This document shows positions 25,933-64,000 of a stretch of DNA of 64,000 nt, piece after piece. How positions within the stretch are numbered: the first letter of the stretch is position 1; the number at the start of each line of letters is the position of its first letter. Position numbers and translations under genes: made by a program. Below the pieces are notes generated by a model. It had not been told where the DNA came from. It did not search any database and saw only the letters and a program-made list of their open reading frames with translations. Source of the DNA: Lingula anatina (Eukaryota; Animalia; Brachiopoda); contig CM120647.1 of the NCBI GenBank assembly GCA_051362555.1, positions 1,550,001 through 1,614,000 of the forward strand. Reading direction: 5' to 3'.

Positions 25933-28709
25933 ATGTCAGGTGTAAGTGGAGATCATGGCGTCTCCAGGATCCCTGAGATCTCTGTGCAGGAAGTCAAAGA
26001 TATTTTCAAAACGCCACAACAGCCGCATCACTTGACCACAAAACCAGGCTTAAACAGTGGCATGCTTGCAGACTCTGACAGCCTGAGGGTGAACTTTGAG
26101 AGCCTGAAAACCAGGAGTGGGAGCACAAGCACTCCATTCCCATCTCGAACAAAATGTCCGCCTTCTGCCTCCCCCGGTGATGAGAGTGGCGTGTTTGATC
26201 TTAACGTGACGGCGTGTCTCTTTCCTAAAGCATCTCAGCCTCGGTTAACGTACACTGACTCTGGCATAGACTCAGGCTGCTCAACAACGCCCTCTAGTGT
26301 AGAAAATATGTGCGTGGATTTAGCGTCTCCCGGCACAGAATTGTCGACATCTTTACAGGAGCAAAGAATTGTGGGTCATACAGAAATCAAACCTTTATGT
26401 CATGCTGACAAAATGTTTTCTGCCTCCCCACTCAACATATCAGTGCGTGGAAAGCCAACGCCATCTAGGATGACTCTCTTACACTACAGACTTCGTAGAG
26501 ACTCAGGCAATGAGACGATGGATTCAAGTTCTGAGGTGGATCACACGCCTGATCTCCTCACCGATAAAACTGAAGCACAGGAAATTAGCAACAGGACTTA
26601 CTTCCAGCACCACAAATTTAGCCATAGCCTTGGTGATAATTTGGTTGCTAGGAACGTTTCAAGTGAGACAAATATTGAGACTAGACAAGGAAGCTACCCG
26701 GAAAATCATTTGAACTGTTGCAAAGCTAGTGCCCCAAACACGACTACTGAAATTTGTGATTCTGACATAAATCAATCAGATTCTACAAGTAATCATTGCC
26801 AACAACTTCATTCTTGCCAAAATGTGAAAGATCACGATTCTGAACCCCACAAAAGAGTTCTTTTTGACTGTGACAAGAAAAGTGATAGGTCAGATCATGA
26901 CCGGGGTTTTTCACCTCAAACTCAATCAAGCCGGCCTGGAAACAAGAACACTTGTGAAGCAACACCGCTGCTGCTTCACAAAACCCCTCAGACAAAACAA
27001 GGTTCTCTGACATCATGCAGAACTTTAATGCCACAGAAAGAAGACATTTGGGAGATGCTGACCCAAGGTAACCTAATTCCTGGTGAGCCAGACCGTCTGA
27101 TTGGTCGGAAGATGGGTCTACAGAGCGTGGACGTCATGTGGGAGCTGCACATTCGTAACATTAGCTGCGTGTCCACCATCCTTGGTTACATGGAGGGTGC
27201 TGACCTCTGCAGGTGAGTGTCAGGGCATGGTAGCACTCGAGGTCTCTATAGGCAAACATCTAGTTGACCTTTAAAAAATCCTAAATTACTTTTTAACAGT
27301 TTGTCTAAAGGTTGAGTCTCAGAGAACTCGACAAAACATTACTATACTGTAATAAGTAAAGTTAGTAGACAAGCACTAACCAGATACATCACAAATCAGG
27401 GTGTTGGATTTATAGTACTTGTTAAAAATCTTTGTGTCTGGCAAAAAAAGTAAATTTTGTCTACAGAAATATAAAAATAATTGAGTATTAAAACGAATTT
27501 AATAATCAGCACTGCTTCAATATTTTACATCAGGATGTGCCTTGTAAGCAATGAGTGGAGGCAGATTTGTGAGTCTCACCCTAAGGCTCAAGCTAGGAGA
27601 GTCCAGTACATGAAGCATCTGAGAGCCAAGAGAATCAGACTCGGAGCAGTAAGCATTCTAGAATCATTGTTACCCTCCACAGTTATTGTGCCTGATCGTG
27701 TCATTTTACTTCCACAATGATAGGTGGGAGTGACAAGAAAATGTCACAAAAAAACATTTAGGTTAAGTTATGGCACTCTGACTGTAGGTTGCAGATTAAA
27801 GGGCCCATTTAGGGGATGTAAAACCTTTCCATTTTGGCCACTGATATTTAAGAAAAAAAATGTTCCCAAATTATTTTAAAACCAGTTTGCAAAGACTCAT
27901 CAAGATCTGTCTCCTTTCAGGAAAATGTCCTCAAAGACCTCAGTCCGCGTAAAAACTCTAGCAGCAGCAGGCGGCAAGTCACTGAAGGCGCGGAGCCTCT
28001 TGGACGGGTTCAGGTGACGGGAAAGCCACCAAGCCCTGTAAAAGAGACTCCAGAGATGTCCAGGCATCAGCAGTTCTTCCAGGTACTTGTGTGGAGTTAA
28101 TGCTTCAGCTGAGGTCCTGGTTAAGCTGGTTCAAACTATCTTGGTATCAGACGTGCTACTAACAGCTTACCTCTGTAATAATTAGTAATAACAGCGCTTC
28201 ATGGTTTGGAAACCATTTTGACAGGATTGTGCTAAGATGGCATGTATAACTGTCTAGATTACATGGCTTTTATAACAAAAAAAAGGGGGGGGAGAAATAA
28301 AAGAAAATAAAAAAAAGAAAGAGAAAAAAAAACTAGAAAATGGGATGAATTGTACCTGAAATTTTTGGTTCTAATTAAATAGCGTTGTTTTGTTTTCCTT
28401 TATGACTGGTGAAATTGCACTTTTCTAACACATTTTGAGGTTGCTGTTATTTTTTCTCTTTAGGAAGGCAAAAAACTTCTGTGGGGCGAAAGTCTGCGCA
28501 AGTGTCCGAAATGCCAAAGTCCATCTCGCCTAAGTCCAGCCGAGGAACGAGCAACATGCACACGACAGGGGTGTAGCTACGACTTCTGCACGAAGTGTTT
28601 TAACAATTACCATGCAGCACAAAACTGCAGTATGGTTTCCCCAAAGAAATCGAAGGCAGCTTCAGCGGTGGGAAGTAAGAAAAGTAAAAAAAATCTCAGG
28701 AGGTTGTGA
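25933..28709 (+). CDS. FBXO43: Emi1/Emi2-family APC/C inhibitor F-box protein (FBXO5/FBXO43 co-ortholog); coding exons 25933-27212, 27534-27648, 27921-28082, 28464-28709
   Basis: LIGRKMGL..VD motif then F-box (ILGYMEGADLCRMCLVSNEWRQI), zinc-binding region CPKC..C....C..DFCTKC...YH....C, C-terminal GSKKSKKNLRRL* RL-tail, and beta-TrCP-type degron DSGIDS at 26257. All introns GT-AG and in phase. Confidence 0.9.
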
Positions 28710-29718
28710 TGCCTTTTTTTTTTTTTTTTTTTTGCTAGGTGCTTCGTGACAAATATGGTGCTTATGTTATCTGTGACTTGTGTCATTTGTGTCATCCGAA
28801 GCAGCTGTTTTATCAATATAGAAAATTATGTCGCACTTATTTTTGTATTATTTATGTAGTTTTATTTTTAGGGTTAGATGTAACAATTGCAGACAAATCA
28901 GTTTTGTTTTGCCTTGTTCATGAATAAGTCTTGTAGTTAGAACAATCCTGCCAGACAAAGGCCTAAACATCCATTTAGTACATTCTTCATACTGTGACAT
29001 TTGTTTGTGAACATGTGTGTGAGAAGTGAGTGAGAGATGAATTGTTGAGCTTAACGCAAAGTCAAACGCTAGAAACACTTATTTAATGTCAGATCACCTG
29101 GAAACTGTTTGTCCAAGATTTAAAATGGCATAATTTTTGCAAAACTGACGAGATACTTCCAGATTTGTGTTCATTGATGTGGGGATATTTTTTTCTGCCC
29201 CAAGCACGTAAAAATCCTCTTTGCATGTGGGATTTGATTTTATTTATTTTTAATTATTTTAGACAGCAAGAATAGTTTTATAGTTTAAACCTATGTACAT
29301 ACTTTTATTTCTTTATAAAAATATTTACAGTTTAATCTTAAATGTATGACATGAAAATGATATAAAAATAATTTGATTTTCTTTAAGAACTTCATTTACT
29401 GACCTAATAAAAATTAACGTTTTATACATCATAAAAATCTTGTTCAGTTTCTTCCCTGCCCTGTGGTTACCAATGAACTAAGCAGACCAAATAGTCATCA
29501 GTAATAATATCTTTCACTAAGTAATGCCCACTTGTTGCAGGGGTAGATGTTTTGTACACTGGAAAATATCTTACTTAGTCCTGACGTTAAGCAAATTAGT
29601 CCAATCTGGGATTGGGTGCTCCAATGCTTACGTGGGGATTCTGTGGTCCTAATTTAGCCCAATTTTCAATAACTGTCATGTGGCTAGATGGGTTTCAGAC
29701 ATGGTCATACTTTCATAG

Positions 29719-29891
29719 GGGGTGTCTCGATAGTCCGAAGGTTCATTGGTCCGAAGGTTCATTGGTCCGAAAAGTGGTAACATTTTTATCGATTTTTTAA
29801 TCAAAGGTTCATTGGTCCGAAGGTTCTATAGTGAACATTCGGACCAATGAACCTTCGGACTATTGAACCTTCGGACTATCGCTACGGCCCC
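29719..29891. mobile_element. Foldback MITE with 9-bp TSD (Mutator/MuDR-like)
   Basis: GGGG...CCCC ends; inverted arms CGATAGTCCGAAGGTTCA / TGAACCTTCGGACTATCG built from 16-bp GTCCGAAGGTTCATTG units; perfect direct repeat CTTTCATAG at 29710-29718 and 29892-29900. Confidence 0.85.
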
Positions 29892-30022
29892 CTTTCATAG
29901 GGTAATTTTTCAGGTGACTCCCTTTTGTCATTCCACTATATTACGCAATTGAACATAGCAAAAAATGTACTTTTATAAATAAATTTCCTCTTTGGATTAC
30001 AAATCTATTTGTCAGTCGTTAA

Positions 30023-30959
30023 TCAACTAATTCCTGTCCACTGTAAAGAAGTGTAAGTCAATTCATCGTCATCGTCTACAGAACACAAGACGACTGTCTT
30101 CTTCACCGTGGAGCCCAGACGCGCCATTGCCACGACTTTCTCGGCGGACATTGTCTGATGATGGAGGAGACAAACAGCTATGTAGAACGAGTGGAATCTA
30201 CTGGGGTCTCCTTGGAAAGGAAGATAATATTCAGATATAATGTTATTTTATGTAGTTTTAATAATTTAAAATATTAAAATATTGCAAAGTGGCAGAAAGA
30301 ATACACTGGAAATCACTTTTCAATTAAAAGTTCAATTTAAACTGCATTTATTTGGGTGATAGATTTTCACTGTAAGTTTGATCTTTGGACAGATAATGAA
30401 AATTCACTTCATAACTTATTTTCTCTGGAGGGCACATGAACCTTATCACTATTTGTTAAAATTTCTGGTCAACTGCCTTTTGTCATGTGCGGACTCCATG
30501 AAGCCCACCCATGTTTCATATCTTAAAACTAACTGGTTGCTGGATGATGGAAGTTGGCCCAATATTCACAGTCTCATTCAGTTCCAATCTAACCACACGT
30601 GTTTATCACACACTTCCCTTACCTGGATACACCAAGAAATCTCCACCAAATTTCCCGCCACAGGTCAGGCTGTGACCTTTCCTCCAGAGGTCACGGAACA
30701 CCCTGTATCTCACCCTCTCCTCCTCTGTTGATGGGAAATCCCAGCTGACGTCTGTCTCAACTTCCTCAACCCAGGGAGTTTCTGGAGATAGGATATAAAA
30801 CAAAATTTAAGACTAGCATAAAAAGTTTTTTACTCAGTTGAAAACTATTCTAGTGCTATATGCACATATTTATCATTAATTTTAAACTTAATTCATGATC
30901 AGAAGTAAACTTTTAAATATTCAATTAAATCTTGGGTTTCTTAACAACAGCAACAACAA

Positions 30960-31005
<46 letters not shown>

Positions 31006-32967
31006 GAAAGACCTATACAGTATAAAATACATCAATAAGAACTAAATCTTATGCAAGTAAATAAGCTTTAGAATCTGCTTAATGTCATTTATCATTTATA
31101 CTTGGCTGCAATATAATCACCTGTGAATATCTGCACCAATGCATGTTCCTGGCCCATAGGGGTGATCTGTATATCTTCAACATCTAGTTTGTCTTCATCC
31201 CTCTTCAGTTCTCCCTCATCTATTTCCTGACCCTTGGCTTTCTTCTTCTCTAGTCTCTGCTTCCGTTTTGCTTTTCTTCCCTCTTTTATCTGGTCAAGTC
31301 TTCTCTGGACGATCAGCTTTCTTTCTGCTATGCCTATTTCTGCCTGGATTGTAGAGAATAAACTAGAAAAAGCTATAAAATTTCAATCAAATCTGGTTAA
31401 GATGCTTTCATATATATATTATTAATCAGTGTTAACTGAATTCAAATAAATATCTAACTTGCACTGTTTTTTCAGTAGATGAGTTCTCATATTAGCAATA
31501 GCCAGTTAATTATCATTTGCAAAATTTATATTCATTATATTCATTGTGAATATGCTGAAAGACTATCTTTATTGAAATATTTTCAGAAACAACTTTTTTC
31601 AAATCTGAAGCATATTTAAATCATGTGTACATATTTATTAATCTAATCAGACCTGTTGTTTAAAACTTTCCTCCCTCATCTTCTGGAACCTGTCCACTTG
31701 TTCTGGTGATGGTAGCTTGGCGTTCTGGTCACTGTTTACAAGCTGAGCATAACCTGAGAGGGCAGGAGCCATTATATGAATTAGTATCAATAAACACTAA
31801 GATAAAATGTTAAAGCATTCTATTCTTGCTTCTGTCTAAATATGTAAGACAGCTATATTAAATACCTATTATCCGGTGTATAATTACATGAAATTTTTTA
31901 CAAGTCCTCCTCTGATAAAAATGAATATGAATGCAGAAACTATACGCTGCAAGATGTAAATTTAAACTGATAATCCCACAGTTGAAGTAATTAAAATAAA
32001 GGACAATTTGGACGTGTTACAGTGAAAGCTTGAATGGAATGTTGCAGACATTGACAACAATGTCCAACAGCACTGCCAACTCTTAACTTATGTTAAGTAG
32101 AATATATAGCTGTGGCCTTAGTGGACATTGTCAACAGCAAGTGTGATTGCCAACTCTTAAATATATATAGCTTTAGGGGACATAATTTCTGAAATGCCAA
32201 CAATAGTTATAAAACCAAGTAGGCATAAACCTCGTGTACAAAGAGCAGTTACATAAGTAGAATTGAAAGAAAAGCGTTTTCCAGGAAATTTCTGCCCACG
32301 CCTACCTTCCTGCAGCAGCAGTGTGGCCTCCTCTGGCATGAGCTGTAGAGGCAGACCTAGCTGTATGTTCTGTCTGGGAGCCCTGGACAGACAGCCTGCT
32401 AGAGCACCTACTATACGGTACTTCTCACGGACTATACATGCATCTAAAGCAGAATTACATGTACATCTTTAATTTTTGATGTAATTATGGATTTATGGAC
32501 TTGTTTAAAGTTTAAACTGTACATCATCATACAACAAGCATCTGAATAATAAGAAACCAAGATCCTAAGTCTCAGATCTAATTAAAGACTTCTTTGAACT
32601 GTACATTTAACTAATTTTCTCTGCCAGACAGCAATTACGGATGCGGTGAGAAGCCCCCTCCCCATTTCTTAAATATTTTCGATCTTGAAACCGCATGAAA
32701 TGAGTGAAGGAATGAACCTCAATGAAACAGATAAAGGGGCAATTTTGTCACGAGCAGTTACTCCGACTGAATGACCAGTAAAAAGAGCACAGCTGTCGAG
32801 AAATAACATGCCATCACTGATACTACTTAAAACTGTACTGAATCGTATCGTAACGTTAAGTTAATATCGACATGGCGAGAGACAGAAAATACACATAACA
32901 AACCTTCTGCATTCCAAATAAAGGGCTTGTTAGAAACTAAAGAAATCTTAACAGGCTCAGCTGCCAT
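30023..32967 (-). CDS. TSEN34: tRNA-splicing endonuclease catalytic subunit Sen34; exons 32904-32967, 32306-32443, 31653-31753, 31121-31343, 30623-30781, 30023-30210
   Basis: RIVGALAG..PRQN.QLGLPLQLMPEEATLL and LTCGGKFGGDFLVYPGDPSRFHS...RLGSTVKKT carrying the catalytic Y/H/K triad; GT-AG introns in phase. Confidence 0.93.
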
Positions 32968-33348
32968 AACAAACTAGTTATAGCCCATCCAGCATATGAA
33001 TCAGAATTGTTTTACTCCCTAAATCTGTTTAACCGGCATCTTCAACAGGGCGCTGACATATTGAAAATACCAGGATGTGTGTGGAGGTCACTAACTTTGA
33101 TTTTATTCCTTTCACTCTAAACAAATTTATGTACATTTCAGGGGGAACATTTAGTCATATCAATTCTTTAGGATACATTGATATAACTTTTCTCGAGTAT
33201 TTCATACTAAAGTGTCCTTTAAATCACGTGATTTAAATCCCCGCTCTTCTCTGATCATGTGACTTATTTGGCGCGAGTTCTGCAGTGGCCGACTGATAAA
33301 CAAAAGTCATCAGAACGATCGCTGAAAGAAACAGCTGCAAACTTCACC
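32968..33348. promoter_or_regulatory. Bidirectional promoter TSEN34 / MCM3 with E2F site
   Basis: Start codons separated by 381 bp; canonical E2F site TTTGGCGC 33267-33274; palindrome TTTAAATCACGTGATTTAAA 33218-33237. Confidence 0.7.
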
Positions 33349-42234
<8,886 letters not shown>

Positions 42235-44359
42235 TGCAGGGCTATTTTTCTAAAAATTAAGAAATAACTTAAGTGAATAGCCGAAAATTTTCTTGATCAC
42301 AGATCAGATGATGCAAGATGCTTCTTAAAGCAAATTTGAAAATAAGGTGGTTTCTATTTATCTGTATTAACCAGTATGTATATATTATTTACTTGAATGT
42401 ATTGAGGTTTGACAACAGTGTTAATAGTCAGAACATTAGATTTGCAAGGATTTTTTCAAGATTTTTTTTCTGCTACCAGTTTCATCTTTAACCTTGCTGG
42501 AGTTTACTTGTAATGGGCGATAGTTACGCAGATTAAATTCGAATATTTCTTGGTAATGCTGGCCATGTTACCTAGAAGAGGACTATCTCCCTTTGTCTGA
42601 TGTTCAGAAAAACATTAAGAAAGTTGCTAGATATTGTTACATGATGTTTAAAACCCAGAGCATGGAGGAAGTTGTCCTATTTGATACCCACAAGCTATGC
42701 TGGGATGTTACACAGATATTTACACTGTAGGACAGGTTTCCAATAATTTATCTGCAGGCATTTAGACGGGGCAAAATGGAGACGAAATAATACAATTAAA
42801 GCCAATAATGTATATATGACGAGTACAATTATGGTGTTGAGCATTTTGAATTTTTTTCTGCACCAAATGTATTTGAACTTGACAAAACAGTTTGTCTTGA
42901 TGTAAATAAAATGACAGCTTTGTACTTAAAATATTTGACTTCAATTCTTTTTTGACTGTAACCTTTAAATTAAGCTGCAGCATGTTAAGTCCAGATAGGT
43001 CCAACTGAAACGATTTGATAATTTAGAAAAGAAATTTATCAAATCTCCCACAAGGTAAGACTATAAATGCACTGTCACTTGTTAATTATATCTGATTCAT
43101 TGCTTTCTTCTGTAAAGTTGTTTGATGCTATTAAAGTGTGCCTTTTGTCACAATTACTGATAACAAAATCGTAATTTTATTCTAAGAATAAACAGTAATA
43201 AAATCGATCATATTTCAAGACAAGAAAACAGAAAATAAAGTCACAAAAATTCAATCTTTTATTAGTATGGCTCCATCAGCATCGCATCCAGTAGAAAACT
43301 TCAGAAAACAATATTGGCATTTTAGACCCGTGAAATGATATCCAACGCAAAACCTATCTATCAACATACAGCACATTAAAGCTGCCTTCTCGTGGAAAAA
43401 AAAAACGATCAGAAAGGATAGCAGATGGCGAATTCTCTGTCATCTACTCCTCATTTAAAACTGAAAACAAACGGTGCTATTTTCCAGCAAGTTTTACTCC
43501 ATCAAGAGCACAAGATGGTGTGAGTTTCTAACATGTGGACTAGACTACAGTGAAAACAATGAATTCAAACAATACAGCACAGACCAGATACCACGTTACA
43601 CTTACTTTCAACTGCAGTGATTCAAATGTGGCAAACTTGTGACTACACAAAATACCGAAAAAAAATTCTAGGGATCTACATAATTCGTAATCATCTTACT
43701 GCAAAAATTCCAACAAAACTTAACAATTTGTGAGGTAAATCGAGAACCAACAAAGACCACAGACATCTTCCACTTAGCCAGTAAATCTCAAAGTTACAAA
43801 TGACTATTTTTTCTGCTGATTGGGAAGCCACATGATAACTTTATGAATCCTGTGATCAGAGAAACTTTTTTATTTGCTCATGAAATTGTTCAACAAGCAA
43901 TTTAAATAGTTTTTATGTTTGGTTAATTTTTCATTAATCAATTATTTTTTTTCCATTAAAATGATCATTTTCTCAAGCAGTTTACAATTATTTGTGTGTA
44001 TAAATACTGTCATGATCTCAAAGGTAATCCCAAGCCTGGCACTTTGCATATTTCTCCTACCACATAGCAAATCCTCAGAAACAATCAGCCGTCTCATTTC
44101 AGGATGAACATCAAATGTTTTTCCACGTGGTAAAATTAGTCTACATCATACATAAACATCATTACACTGAACACAAAAACCAACATCGCTTCCGCAAAAA
44201 AAAATGGCTACTTTTCCCAACGTCTTTTTCCAAAGCTAATGTTTCATTATGCAAGTTATACTGCTGTGGAATTGGCAGTTGCTAGATGTCAACATCTTCA
44301 ATATAAATATTATATATCTAATAATAATGCTAGCATTTCTCCTATCAGTGAAGTTAGTG

Positions 44360-63730
<19,371 letters not shown>

Positions 63731-64000
63731 CTTGTAGCCTGTCTTGGTTAGGTGTCCCCCTGGTGGTTATCTGAGAATGAAAAAAATAAAAAATACCTAA
63801 AGCCTGTACTAGTATATGGAATACTCGAGATAAGAAATATTTGAATCACAAGATAAGCAGGATAACAACCGACTCATTAATGTTTAGAGATTACATTATT
63901 TAAAAAACCTGCTGTAATTTTCAGTAGTTATCTGCTCTATAACAAATTTATGCGGCATTATTTATAATCCCTGCTGTTGTTTTCAGTAGTTGTCTGCTCA

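Overview
AT-rich, intron-rich eukaryotic (invertebrate animal, probably lophotrochozoan/mollusc; organism is an inference) genomic window; most ORF-track entries are spurious or exon fragments. Seven protein-coding genes were reconstructed by hand from splice sites: the 5' part of a tribbles pseudokinase (-, its >15 kb second intron fills 1-15.5 kb), POLR2K (-, with a minor-spliceosome U12 intron) head-to-head with an Emi1/Emi2 F-box gene (FBXO5/FBXO43, +), TSEN34 (-) head-to-head with MCM3 (+), NNT (-), and a complete kynurenine 3-monooxygenase (KMO, +) nested antisense in one NNT intron. Non-autonomous DNA transposons include a Helentron-type element with a 146-bp satellite, plus Mutator-, Harbinger- and Kolobok-like MITEs. 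Most notable observations: (1) at least nine exon/intron junctions in three genes carry tandem copies of the splice site plus adjacent exon end, with copy differences often synonymous; (2) KMO sits inside NNT, and a dense IRF/NF-kB/STAT motif cluster with TATA boxes, short exons and perfect donors in another NNT intron may be its inducible promoter; (3) ATF4-C/EBP (CARE) motif clusters around tribbles.
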